Positions 1 to 15,242 of a stretch of 64,000 nt of DNA are shown here, one piece after another. This DNA comes from Eledone cirrhosa. Its lineage: Eukaryota. The DNA lies in NCBI GenBank assembly GCA_964016885.1, contig OZ024761.1, forward strand, positions 6,324,001-6,388,000, read 5' to 3'. How positions within the stretch are numbered: position 1 is the first letter of the stretch; the number at the start of each line of letters is the position of its first letter. The notes beneath the pieces were generated by a model that made no database searches, was not told the DNA's origin, and was given only the letters and a program-made list of their open reading frames with translations. Both the position numbers and the translations under genes were made by a program.

Positions 1-91
1 AGAATGAGAAAGAGAGAAAGAGAGTGAGAGAGAGAGAGAGTGAGAATGAGAAAGAGAGTGAGAGAGAGAGAGACAGACAGACAGACATATA

Positions 92-363
92 CAGCAGAAC
101 CTCGGTGCACGAAGAATTTTTCCGATCATAAAACGTCTCGGCTCACGAATGGTGTCTGGAGTAACGAACACGGCACCAAGAGATGGCAACAAGCTGGGAG
201 TATCGGCGGGAAAGTGTCACATGTTAGTTACTATAGTAACCCTATCAGACTTCCACATAGTCGCTCACAACATTTCTCTTTCAAAATTAGAATAGTTCCG
301 GCTTTCAAACATTTCGACTGACGAATGGTCGTCGGGAACCAAGTAAGTTCTGCACCGAGGTTC

Positions 364-368
<5 letters not shown>
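92..368. mobile_element. Tigger/pogo-like (Tc1/mariner superfamily) MITE
   Basis: Terminal inverted repeats CAGCAGAACCTCGGTGCA (92-109) / TGCACCGAGGTTCCACTA (351-368), TA on both sides, no ORF. Confidence 0.75.
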
Positions 369-459
<91 letters not shown>

Positions 460-461
<2 letters not shown>

Positions 462-868
462 CGTTTCTGAATTTGTTTAACGTGTGTTGAAACCGATATT
501 GTTATACTTTGGGAGGGTCATGTTGCCAATAAGAAACACACGCACCAGTTGCTTTCACTTCAATTTATTATAAATTAAATTTATAAATTTAGGAATTTAT
601 AAATTTCCGGTTGGTTGGTTGGTTGGTTCCACAACCAGATGATTGTTCATATATTGTCAAAGTTCTTTCGTCACACATTCTGTGACCTCTTCAGTGACTT
701 GGGATTCTTTTCTTCGTTTTTGTGCCTCTCCTTTGTTCTGTCCTACGCCATCTTGTTTTTGTGTGTGTTGTGTGCTTAATTTGCGCATGTGTTACATCCG
801 GGTGCCTGTGTGTGTTTATATTTGTGTGTTTCTTATTGGCAACATGACCTTCCCAAAGTATAACAATA
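460..868 (-). mobile_element. Penelope-like pseudo-LTR fragment, family A, with inverted terminal segment
   Basis: Homologous to 5887-6165 and 42393-42750, and related to the 3' region of the PLE (15180-15720); about 825-868 is the reverse complement of about 498-541; flanked by (TA)n; contains HHR. Confidence 0.8.
656..698 (-). ncRNA. Minimal type I hammerhead ribozyme (family A)
   Basis: Minus strand: GTCA-CTGAAGA-G-GTCACA gaatg TGTGAC-GAAA-G aa C-TT-TGAC (stem I GTCA/TGAC, 6-bp stem II, minimal stem III). Confidence 0.8.
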
Positions 869-1054
869 TATATATATATATATATGGGATAACAAAATAT
901 CGTTATAGGTAATCCAGTTAGAGGTTGTGAATACTTCGTATTGTGGATAGTTTTAGCGTACGGCGTTGTTTGACGCAACAAGAGGTTTCCGTAGGTGGCG
1001 AGTTTATGATTTCACTTGTATTCCTATGTAAGTTTATCTTGGAGTAATAAAATT

Positions 1055-1378
1055 GAAAGAGTGAAGAATAAGATGGTCAACAGTACAAAAAAGGGTTTTA
1101 TTTACAGTATTAACAATTGTTTCACTGATTAAGTTGTCTAAAAATTGCTGAATACTTGAAGCTGAGCCACTCAATTTTAAATACGGTGTAAGCTTAACCA
1201 GATCACCAAAAAGGACTTTCTGATTTCTGGTGATCTGGTTAAGCTTACACCGTATTTAAAATTGAGTGGCACAGCTTCAAGTGATTAGCAATTTTTAGAC
1301 AACTTAATCAGTGAAACAATTGTTAAGACTGTAAATAAAAGCCTTTTTTGTATTGTTGACCATCTTATTCTTCACTCT

Positions 1379-1381
<3 letters not shown>
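1055..1381. repeat. Long inverted repeat (154-bp arms, 19-nt spacer), probable fold-back PLE fragment
   Basis: 1055-1208 is the reverse complement of 1228-1381 with a handful of mismatches; arms carry a GAAAC-AATT-GT hammerhead-like 3' half; ends in (TA)n. Confidence 0.85.
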
Positions 1382-1447
<66 letters not shown>

Positions 1448-1659
1448 ATTATGTAACAAGACGAAGAAGCACGAATGAAAACGTCTCTCTTACTTATTAT
1501 ATACATTTTACCCATTCTACTCCCCCAGGTATTGAGTACTCTGGTGAGTAATGGTCTAACTGGGTTTTACTGCATCCATTCTCAAAGTATCATTATTGAG
1601 TTTATTCGAGTGTGACGCATGTTTCGCTATCGATCAGCTCAAGGTTCCATCTCTCTCTC

Positions 1660-1695
<36 letters not shown>

Positions 1696-1783
1696 GTGAA
1701 ACAGTTGTATGATTGTAAGATATAGAAGTTAATAAATTAAATTAAGATATATCTGCATTTATCTATATATGTGTGAGTGTGAC

Positions 1784-1846
<63 letters not shown>

Positions 1847-2329
1847 TTGTGTGTGTATACATACATACACACTTATATATATATAGTTAGATAGATAGAT
1901 AGATGGATAGATAGATAGATGTATATATATATATATGAGTGTGTGTGTGTATGTGTGTTAGTGGAGGGGTGTATATATACACACACACATATATATTATA
2001 CACATATATATATATACATATATATATGTATATTTATATGTGTATAAATATATATATATATATATATATATGTACCAATTGTGTTGTTATTTTTGTTACC
2101 TTTTACATACATATATGTATATATATATATGTGTATATGAAATATATATATACGTACACAGACAAACACACACACACCCAGATATATATATTTGAATAAA
2201 GTTAGTCCTTCATCAGTGATCTTCCAACCATCATTGGTATTTCATCGCTTTAAAGACCATATACCTCCGGTTGGTGCGAGCAACGGCTAAAGAAAGTCGT
2301 TGGGACACGTAAATAAAGGGAACGAGCGA

Positions 2330-2395
2330 GAGTTTCGACGGCTATTTCAGTCGAAATGGCTTGAGCTCTGCCGTCGGGGTGATACTTTTTCCTAT
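2330..2395 (+). mobile_element. Family B pseudo-LTR fragment with short inversion
   Basis: GTCGAAATGGCTTGAGCTCTGCCGTCGGGGT matches 6325-6357 and 43705-43735; preceded by inverted TTTCGACGGCTATTTC. Confidence 0.7.
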
Positions 2396-2427
2396 GTATG
2401 TATATATATATATACGATATATCTATG

Positions 2428-2512
<85 letters not shown>

Positions 2513-2635
2513 GGAGCTGAGTTTTATTGTAGTACAATAAAGCAATGCAGATATCGGATAAGAAGCACTCTACAGTTTGTAGTACTGGAGTATACATAAT
2601 ATATAAGATCAAAAGATGGTTAAAAGAGTTCCATG

Positions 2636-2706
2636 TATTTTATTATGCGCATTTCAAAAACAAATATCATCATGCAATAACATTTGTGTTTTCATCAGAT
2701 AAAATA
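2636..2706 (-). ncRNA. Type I hammerhead ribozyme (family D), intact core
   Basis: TATTTTAT-CTGATGA-[stem II aaacaCAAATGTTATTGCATGATGATATTTGttttt]-GAAA-TGCGCA-TA-ATAAAATA; 8-bp stem I; palindromic stem/loop III ATGCGCAT. Confidence 0.8.
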
Positions 2707-2814
2707 GGAAGACATGATATGAGGGTTAAAATACACTTGTTAATAGTGCAGTTTTAAATCAACATATCATATGATATGTTGATTTAAAACTGCACTATTC
2801 ATATCATGTCTTCC

Positions 2815-2885
2815 TATTTTATCTGATGAAAACACAAATGTTATTGCATGATGATATTTGTTTTTAAAATGCGCATAATAAAATA
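2815..2885 (+). ncRNA. Hammerhead motif (family D), G12A-inactivated copy
   Basis: Mirror of 2636-2706 but the core GAAA reads AAAA. Confidence 0.7.
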
Positions 2886-3009
2886 CATGGAACTCTTTTA
2901 ACCATCTTTTGATCTTATATATATATATATATATATATGTAGAAGAGGTAAATATTTAAATCGTATTTTAACTTATTTAAAAGATTGTTTAATGTTTGCT
3001 TCTTCCGCT

Positions 3010-5075
<2,066 letters not shown>

Positions 5076-5429
5076 CTCCCTTCCATCCCTTCTCTCTATC
5101 GATCCCCTCCACTAACAGATCACTAAATTAATCGATACGCTTCACTGTTTATTGGCTCTTCTCAAGTCATGTGCTTCAAATCTTTAGGATTGCGGCAGAA
5201 ATGGCGGGGGGGGGGGGGGAGAGGCTTTTGTGTGTGTGTGTGTCCCTCTTCTTTTTATATTTTTTCCTTATTGTTCTTCTATCTCATCCTTACCATCGCA
5301 TGGTCACTAGATTGGCTGAGTCAGTAGAGCGCCACACTAAATACTCTCCATTCCCAGTTTATATTTTATAGATAACTTTAGATTGACTTGTGTCTAGCAG
5401 GTTCGAAATCTATTAAAGCGGCAATTTAG

Positions 5430-5470
<41 letters not shown>

Positions 5471-5503
5471 GTATATATATATATATATTTATATATATGT
5501 GTG

Positions 5504-5629
<126 letters not shown>

Positions 5630-5754
5630 TATATATATATACGTATATATATATATATATATATACGTATATATATATATATATACGTATATATATATAT
5701 ATATATATATATATACGTATATATATATAAATATATATAGATATATATAGATAT

Positions 5755-5886
5755 ATTAGAAAGTGAGCTTTTTTTACAAATGAAAAAAAAACGAGGTGTC
5801 CTACACAAGTGAAAGTATAAGGAAAAAAGATGAAATCGAAAATGCAACTGGAGTCTTTTTTTATTAAATATATATTTATTTGGTTC
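5755..5886 (-). mobile_element. Family C pseudo-LTR fragment
   Basis: Reverse complement of about 15810-15952 (CCAGTTGCATTTTC...GTAGGACACCTCG...CTCACTTTCTAAT). Confidence 0.75.
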
Positions 5887-6157
5887 CACACACAGAAACA
5901 AAATGGCGTAGGATAGAAGAAAGGAAAGGCACAGAAACAAAGAAAGGAATCCCCAGTCACTGAAGAGGTCACAGAGTGTGTGACGAAAGGACTATGACTA
6001 TATATAAACAACTATCTGGTTGTGGAACCAACCAACCAACCAGAAATTTATAAGTTTGTAGATTTGTAAATTTATAAATTTATAAATATATAATAAATTG
6101 AAGTGAAAGCAACTGGTGCGTGTGTTTCTTATTGGCAACATGACCCTCCCAAAGTAT

Positions 6158-6165
<8 letters not shown>
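5887..6165 (+). mobile_element. Family A pseudo-LTR fragment
   Basis: Near-identical to 42492-42750; ends ...TGACCCTCCCAAAGTATAACAATA then (TA)n. Confidence 0.85.
5955..5999 (+). ncRNA. Minimal type I hammerhead ribozyme (family A)
   Basis: AGTCA-CTGAAGA-G-GTCACA gagtg TGTGAC-GAAA-G ga C-TA-TGACT. Confidence 0.85.
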
Positions 6166-6198
<33 letters not shown>

Positions 6199-6203
<5 letters not shown>

Positions 6204-6364
6204 AAGGAATTGTGGTAAGGAACCAGATGGACCATAACGCACCGGAGTACTCAATACTTAGGGTAGTAGAGTGGGAAATAGGAAAAAGTATGACCCCGAC
6301 GTATGACTGTGTCCAGAAATAGCCGTCGAAACGGCTTGAGCTCTGCCGTCGGGTCATATTTTTT

Positions 6365-6370
<6 letters not shown>
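6199..6370. mobile_element. Family B fold-back pseudo-LTR fragment carrying the 3' half of an HHR
   Basis: ATAGGAAAAAGTATGACCCCGAC mirrors GTCGGGTCATATTTTTTCCTAT; contains GAAA-CGGC ttgagctct GCCG-TC; homologous to 41425-41615, 43121-43340 and 43644-43830. Confidence 0.8.
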
Positions 6371-6407
<37 letters not shown>

Positions 6408-6670
6408 TTCAAGAGTAACCAATCTTAAAGAGAGAGAGATGGAGATAGGAGAGGAGAGATTGGTGAATTAGTTAGAAGCCAAAGCGTAAAGGCATGTGCT
6501 CAATGTGCAATATGCAGTAGAAAGCAGCTAGGTGGCTGGGTTCATGCAGAAGTTAGGTGCGTAGAGCTGTAAATATTCATTAGTTAAGCAAAACAAGACC
6601 ACAAATTTCATAAGGAAGACATTATTAAAAGGTTGTCAACATATTTTAGTTTGATGTAAGGAATGTAGAG

Positions 6671-6817
6671 AATAATAATAATATTAATAATAATAATAAT
6701 AATAATGTCCGTTTACAATTGTTTCGCTACTCCATATAATATTTATGGATTATTATTTCTATTATATGGAGTAGCGAAACAATTGTAAACGGAGATTATT
6801 ATTATTAATATTATTAT

Positions 6818-6819
<2 letters not shown>
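6671..6819. repeat. Inverted repeat with HHR 3' half
   Basis: TCCGTTTACAATTGTTTCGCTACTCCATATAATA (6708-6741) mirrored at 6760-6793; contains GC-GAAAC-AATT-GTA; the (AAT)n flank is also mirrored. Confidence 0.8.
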
Positions 6820-6878
<59 letters not shown>

Positions 6879-7095
6879 GAATATACAAGAGAGTTCTAAC
6901 TCAATATATACTTTTCATATAGTCCGCTCCTTCAAACTTTGTTGAGCTAATTTAAATGTCGTGTAAACTTGGCTACTATTTTTAGCAGCGTATGTTTATG
7001 AGACACGCTATGGTTCTGATGCCATGTGCGTTATTTTATATTCGCACACTATTCAGTCTTCTGAGATACTTAGAAGTGATGGGTTTACTAATTTT

Positions 7096-7172
7096 ACACC
7101 CACTGATGAGCAAAGAATTGGTAATTTCCTTCGCTAAAAATTGCGAAACAGCCTCCAAAGCTGTCTGGGTGT
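7096..7172 (+). ncRNA. Canonical type I hammerhead ribozyme (family E)
   Basis: ACACCCA-CTGATGA-GCAA...TTGC-GAAA-CAGC ctccaaa GCTG-TC-TGGGTGT; 7-bp stem I, 4-bp stem II, full stem III, GUC site at 7163-7165. Confidence 0.92.
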
Positions 7173-7376
7173 CTGGCAGATGCCCCAGTATCGGTTTGTT
7201 TTTCTTTTTCTTGATTTATTGCTTTAAATTGAGTCTGGCAAACCATATTGTTCATAGTTAGTATTTTTGTCACCCTAGCGAATTAGGTCCCTTACGATTT
7301 GAACACATGGTTCTTATATCTGTCTTTATCTCTCTTTTATTTTCAATTATATATATATAATAATACGAATAATAAT

Positions 7377-7561
7377 TGTTTCTACTTTAGGCACAAGGCC
7401 AGCAATTACCCAGTTCATTACTGGTACTTTATTTTATCGACCCCGTAAGGATGAAAGGTAAAGTCAACCTCAGCGGGATTTGAACTCAAAATGGAAAGGG
7501 CTGTAACTCTATGCGTCAAACCATGGCGTCTGACCCTCTACCGATAGTGCCAATCCATTGC
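7377..7561 (-). mobile_element. tRNA-derived SINE, short-tail subfamily
   Basis: B-box TGAGTTCAAATCC on minus strand; conserved body CCTTTCATCCTTACGGGGTCGATAAAATAAAGTACCAG; tail GGCCTTGTGCCTAAAGTAGAAACA. Confidence 0.9.
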
Positions 7562-7596
<35 letters not shown>

Positions 7597-7603
7597 TAAT
7601 AAT

Positions 7604-7711
7604 TGTTTCTACTTTAGGCACAAGGCCAGCAATTATCCAATGCATTACTGGTACTTTATTTTATCGACCCCGTAAGGGTGAAAGGCAAAGTTAACCTCGG
7701 CGGGATTTGAA
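7604..7711 (-). mobile_element. 5'-truncated copy of the same SINE
   Basis: Matches about 7377-7485. Confidence 0.9.
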
Positions 7712-7884
7712 TAATACAAGGACGATTTGTTAAGCCTTCATTACGTTTATTGGTTGGTGACACTCGTTTCGTTATTATAATATATATATAATATAATATA
7801 TATATTATATATATATACAGTATATATATATACAGTATATATATATACAATATATATATATATATTTATATATATATATATATA

Positions 7885-8721
7885 TAGTAGAATAATCGAG
7901 TATCGAAAAATCGGCGCACAAGTTCACGATAAACAAAATTCGAGATGAGCGGCAGAGGGCTCCATAATTCAAATAAATCAGAGCTATAACTATCGTTAAA
8001 ATACCGTCACACGTAGAATATGTCTACAATCAACCAAATAACCGAAAATTTTCGATATGGAAGATTCGGGACACTCAGATAAATTATCAATAAATCAATA
8101 AATGAAATGAATGTAAAAAGCATACCCGGACCCACTAGAGAGATGGTATATCTAGCTTCTTGGGTTTCTGTAACTCCTTAAACCGTGCTCTATCAGCTCA
8201 CACAAAAATATAAGACTTACAGACAACGGGGGACTGGAGCTACTTCTTCAACGAGCCTTAGTCCAAACGGATGAAAAGGCAAAACCCAGGTTGAAAATAC
8301 GCACATGGATTTCAGCAAGGGAGATAACCTTTATATCCGCAAAAAATATTCGTGAAAATGTGGAATAACACATATCGAATAAGAGTGCTCAATAGACATG
8401 TTAAAATAAACAGGAGCTATTCATCATTTAATAGAATCGACAAAAAATGAACAATAAAATTAACTGGTCAATAGCTAGGTCTAGAGCTAAATATAGTAGA
8501 ATAATCGAGTATCGAAAAATCGGCGCACGAGTTCACGATAAACAAAATTCGAGATGAGCGGCAGAGGGCTCCATAATTCAAATAAATCAGAGCTATAACT
8601 ATCGTTAAAATACCGTCACACGTAGAATATGTCTACAATCAACCAAATAACCGAAAATTTTCGATATGGAAGATTCGGGACACTCAGATAAATTATCAAT
8701 AAATCAATAAATGAAATGAAT
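7885..8721 (-). mobile_element. Non-coding 609-bp partial-tandem element (retrozyme-like)
   Basis: 228-bp direct repeat 7885-8112 = 8494-8721 (one mismatch seen), offset 609; no ORF; large HHR motif inside; (TA)n at the left end. Confidence 0.75.
8124..8256 (-). ncRNA. Type I hammerhead motif with extended stems II and III (family G), core slightly deviant
   Basis: GCTCG-TTGAAGA-a-GTAGCTCC...GGAGTTAC-a-GAAA-CCCA agaag CTAGA...TCTAG TGGG-TC-CGGGT; all three stems pair; C3U change and an A.A at the base of stem II. Confidence 0.65.
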
Positions 8722-8752
8722 TAACAAAGGTTTCACGAAGACGGGCGAGCAG

Positions 8753-8838
8753 AATAGAGACGTCAGAAATTGTGCATCAGAAAGGAAAATTTAAAATTTA
8801 AATTAAAATTTTCCTTTCTGATTTCAGACGTCTCTATT
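8753..8838. repeat. Imperfect hairpin adjacent to the 609-bp element
   Basis: AATAGAGACGTC/GACGTCTCTATT outer arms; ATCAGAAAGGAAAATTT/AAATTTTCCTTTCTGAT inner arms. Confidence 0.75.
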
Positions 8839-8960
8839 GAAATCACCTGTCTTCCTGAAACCTTTGGTAAATGGAATAATTGTATTGTGTTGTAATTAAA
8901 TAGCTCTGTACTATACACAGAGCACTCTCCCTTCCTTTACCTTTTCTACGGAAATACTTC

Positions 8961-9970
<1,010 letters not shown>

Positions 9971-10086
9971 GATGAGATTCTACAGGACTAGAACTGTTTC
10001 ATTCATTAGAAATCATCAGGATTATACTCTGCTATGTATTGAGTACCTTACTTACTGTGGTTACCTCCGATTCAACCCGGAATAAC

Positions 10087-10118
<32 letters not shown>

Positions 10119-10186
10119 TGTATAAGGACATAGCACTTTCTACAAATGTTAGGCATCTTCAACTGTTTTCTGTAACACACACATAG

Positions 10187-10234
<48 letters not shown>

Positions 10235-10494
10235 ACACACACTCTCTCTCTTTCTCTCACTCACACACACACACACACACACTCTCTCTCACTCACACAC
10301 ACTCTCACTCACTCACACACACACAGTGTTTGTAATAGCTACTTAACTACTGATGACAGGACACGAACCTACGTCAGAGGGGTGGGGCAATATATGGAGA
10401 GGGGAGGGAGGTCTGGGTAGGAGAGGGTATGTAGGGGAGAGGGGAGTGTGTAGAGGAGGGAGGTGACAGATGTAATGGAATGTGATAAAATGTC

Positions 10495-13080
10495 CCAGCA
10501 CCAGCACCACCACTACCACCACTACCACCACTACACCACCACCACCACCACCACCACCACCACTACATCACCACCACCACCACTACATCACCATCTCCAC
10601 CACCACAACCAACATCACACCACCCTCACCACCACCATCACCACCACCACCACCGCCAACACCACCACCATCACCAACACCACCACCACCAGCACCACCA
10701 CCACCACCAATACCTCCACCACCACCACCACCACCACCACCACCACCACCACCACCACCACCACCACCACTACATCACCATCTCCACCACCACCACCAAC
10801 ATCACACCACCCTCACCACCACCATCACCACCACCACCACCGCCAACACCACCACCATCACCAACACCACCACCAGCACCACCACCACCACCAATACCTC
10901 CACCACCACCACCACCATCAATGCAATTTCTAACACAATTACATATAATACGGCTGCACTCCACTGTATCAGTGTCCCCCCTTCCCTAGCCCAGCCACCC
11001 CACCCTGCCACACCACCCCAGCATACCACCCTACCAAACCACCGCACCACACCACCACCATACACCACCCTACCAAACCACCGCACCACACCACCACAAT
11101 ACACCACCCTACCACCACCCCCCACAATACACCACCCTACCACACCACACTGTACACCACCCCACCACAATACACCACCCCACCATCTCTGGATGGTAGT
11201 AATAATAGATGGCTATATTGATGAGCTTTGAACATCGTTGATATCAGACAATCATCTTATGAATCATACCACCACCACTACCGTCACTACCACCACCACT
11301 ACCACCACCACCACCACCACCACCACTAACACCACCACTACCATCACCACTAACACCACCACCACCACCACTAACACCACTAACACCACCACTACCATCA
11401 CTACCACCACCACTACCACCACCACCACCACCACCACCACCACTAACACCACTAACACCACCACTACCGTCACTACCACCACCACTACCACCACCACCAC
11501 CACCACCACTAACACCACTAACACCACTAACACCACCACTACCATCACCACTAACACCACTACCACCACCACTACCACAACCTTCACCACTACCGTCACT
11601 ACCACCACCACTACCACCACCACCACCACCACCACCACTAACACCACTAACACCACCACTACCATCACCACTAACACCACTACCACCACCACTACCATCA
11701 CCACCACTACCATCACCACTACCATCACTACCACCACCACTACCATCACCATCACTACCACCACTACCACTACCACAACCACCACTACCACTACCACAAC
11801 CACCACTAACACCACTACCACCACCACTACCACAACCACCACCACTACCGTCACTACCACCACCACTACCACCACCACCACCACCACTAACACCACTAAC
11901 ACCACCACTACCATCACCACTAACACCACTACCACCACCACTACCATCACCTCCACTACCATCACCACTACCACCACTACCATCACTACCACCACCACTA
12001 CCATCACCACCATTACCACAACCACCACTACCACTACCACAACCACCACTACCACTACCACCACCACTACCACTACCACAACCACCACCACTACCACAAC
12101 CACCACTAACACCACTACCACCACCACTACCACAACCACCACCACCACCACCACTACCACTACCGCAACCACCACCACCACTACCACAACCACCACTAAC
12201 ACCACTACCAACGCCACTACCAACACCACCACCCTCACCACCACTACCACAACCACCACTAAGACCACTACCACCACCACTACCACAACCACCACCATTA
12301 CCATCACCACCACTACCACAACCACCACCACCACTACCACAACCACCACCACCACTACCACAACCACCACTAACACCACTACCACCACCACTACCACCAC
12401 TACCACTACCACAACCACCACTAACACCACTACCACCACCACTACCACCACTACCACAACCACCACCACCACAACCACAACCACCACTAACACCACTACC
12501 AACACCAATACCATCACCACCAACACCACTACCATCACCACCATCACCACTACCACCACCACAACCACCACCAACACCACTACCACCACAACTACTACAA
12601 CCACCACCATCACCACCACTACAGCAACCAGCACACTACCACGACTACTACTACAACCGCCACCACCACTACTACAACCACCAACACCACTACCATCACA
12701 CTACTACTACCACTACTACAACCACCACCACCACCACCACCACTACTACAACCACCACCACTACAACTACAACCATCACAACCTCCACACCACCACCACT
12801 ACAACCGCCACCACCACTACTACAACCACCAACACCACTACCATCACACTACTACTACCACTACTACAATCACCACCACCACCACCACCACTACTATCAC
12901 CACCACCACCACGACTACAACCATCACAACCTCCACCACCACCACAACTACTACAACCACCACCACCACCACCACTACTACCATCACCACCACCACCACA
13001 ACTACAACCATCACCACCTCCATCACCACACCACCACCACTACCATCAACACCACCACCACCACTACCATCATCACCACC
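10495..13080. repeat. (ACC)n/(ACT)n trinucleotide expansion
   Basis: Direct observation; short unique interruptions at about 10920-10995 and 11185-11265. Confidence 0.95.
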
Positions 13081-15026
13081 TAAAACCTACTAGACGCACA
13101 ACCAATAATGTCCAAGCCTCTAACAATTACATACCACCGTTATATGGGTTCCTCAAGGACCACAAGACAACCAACAAACTGACGACAAGACCACCAACAA
13201 GACCTGTATGCGGAGCCACAGGGTCTCCTACTTCCTCTCTATGGTTATACGCCCCATAATCAAGATGTCCCCAGATGTATGTGACAGTAGAGAGGACCTC
13301 CTCAGTAGAGTCAATGAATGCAACAACAACAACAACTTAACAAACTGCATAATAGGCAGTATGGACGTGGTATCACTGTACCCATCCATTGACATTGATT
13401 TTGCTGTGGAAAAATGTGTGGAAATAATCAGGGAGAGCGAAGTGGAGTTCTGCGATGTCGACACAGATGAACTGGGCCTCCTACTTAGACTTACTTATGA
13501 CAGCGAGTACCTAGATAACCATGACCTTAGCTGTTTCTGCCCCAGTAGACCCTTAAGAGGTAGACTCCCCACCATAACCTAAAAAGACTCCCATAGGAAG
13601 ATGGAATGGATTGACCAAAGCCATACGGACACCCCAAAACAATGATCAGGTGAGAAAATTTGTCATACATGCAGTAGGGGCTAGTGTTAAAACTACCCTA
13701 AAGGGCCATATCTTTAAATTTAATGAAAAAATCTACACCCAGAATGAGAGAGCAGCCATTGGCGTCAGCATAGCTGGTGATGTTGCCAACCTATTTATGG
13801 TATGGTGGGAGAGGAGACTCAGAGAACCCTATAGCAGAGAACTCCATAGACCTCGTCATGTACTCTCGTTACGTAGACGATATTAATCTAGTAATAAGAA
13901 CACCCCCACAAGAGAGTACTATAAACATGAATTAGAAAATAGCACAATGGAGAGCATCCAGCAGATATTTAATTCCATACACCAGAGTATAACTGTAACT
14001 ATCGACTTCCCTTCCAAACACCCTAACAATAAACTACCAATATTAGACACGGAACTCTGGATTAACACTATAGACGAGAGGGCCCAAATTTTCCACTCAC
14101 ACTATGCTAAACCCATGGCCTCCAAATACCTGATACTCAAAAACTCAGTAATGTCCAATAGTGCTAAGTCTAATATTCTGATCGCAGACTTGGTAAGAGT
14201 GATGAAGAATGTGTCTCGCATGTGCGACCCAACTGCACTGGAAAGACACATCCAACACTTTATCAACCGCATGCAGCTCTCTGGCTACAACCAAAGAGAC
14301 AGAATCAGAGTATACAAAGGAGCCACGGAGAAGTATAAGACCCTCATAGAAATGGACATGAAAGAAATTTTCCCATTATACAGGAGCAAATCATGGAATA
14401 GCTTAGATAGGACTAGACATAAGATAGGGAAAGCCACTTCATGGTACGACAACCAAAGATACCAGAGTGTCATGTTCGTGGATGCTACCCCTGGAGGGAA
14501 ATTAGCTAACCAATGTAGAAAGGCCCTAAGAAAGACCCATTTAAATATTAAAGTGGTAGAAAAGCCAGGAACTACCATAAAATCCCTGATCAGCAAGACA
14601 CACCCCTTTAAGAAAACCCACTATGAAAATAAGAAATGTGTTATATGTAGAATGAATCCTCAAATAAATTGTAAAACTAGAAATGTAGTCTATAGCATAA
14701 GATGTACAGAGGGTACTTGCAGAAACATGACAACGACATACATAAGTGAGACAGCTCGAAGCATAGGAGAAAGAATAGACCAACACTGGGAGGAACTAAA
14801 GGGACAAAAAGATTGTTCAGTACTATACGAACACGCCAGACAAAGACATGACGGTAATATAGACAACATAGAAATTAAAATAATATCTAAACATAGAAAT
14901 GACCCAACAGGTAGACAAATCAGAGAAGCGACTGAAATAGAACTAAGAAAACCAAAGTTGAACAGAAAAAATGAATGGAATAACAACAACAACCACACCC
15001 AAACACACAATACTGACCAAAAGTAA
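13081..15026 (+). pseudogene. PLE polyprotein: reverse transcriptase + Cys-rich linker + C-terminal GIY-YIG endonuclease, frameshifted
   Basis: PPLYGFLKDHK...RPVCG; SMDVVSLYPSI; QNERAAIGVSIAGDVANLFM; YSRYVDDINL (about 13861-13890); DFPSKHPNNKLPILD; HYAKPM; CVIC...C; NVVYSIRC...YISETARSIGERIDQH...QIREA...PKLN. Several frameshifts, a TAA stop, YIG->YIS. Confidence 0.92.
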
Positions 15027-15242
15027 ATATAAATAAATTAATATACGCATGTACAATAACAACAACCACATATACACACACTAGTGAACAAAGATAGAAT
15101 ACAAATACACATAGTCTCAGACACACACACCAAACAGAAAACACACGCGAAAACGCATGCGCAAACTGAGACAGAGGCAAGAATAAATAAATAAAACAAA
15201 AATGGCGTAGACATTACAATACAACGGGAGGAAACATAATAG

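Larger units (their letters stand above)
2509..2920. mobile_element. Family D fold-back element (spacer-less palindrome centred at 2770/2771)
   Basis: About 2600-2770 mirrors 2771-2920 apart from a ~20-nt indel; one HHR per arm; related copies at 40699-40820 and 16383-16515. Confidence 0.8.

Noticed and set aside
1446-1645. Two degenerate hammerhead-like motifs (1448-1481 +, 1611-1642 -)
   Set aside because: Core incomplete (CGAAGA; CCTTGA), so not callable as ribozymes
9984-10024. Minus-strand CTGATGA...GAAAC...GTC hammerhead candidate
   Set aside because: Stem II is marginal and stem I cannot be formed; at best a rearranged remnant
11238-13259. 673-aa Thr/His-rich mucin-like ORF fused to the PLE RT N-terminus
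   Set aside because: Translation of an (ACC)n expansion; the in-frame junction with the truncated PLE is most simply coincidental
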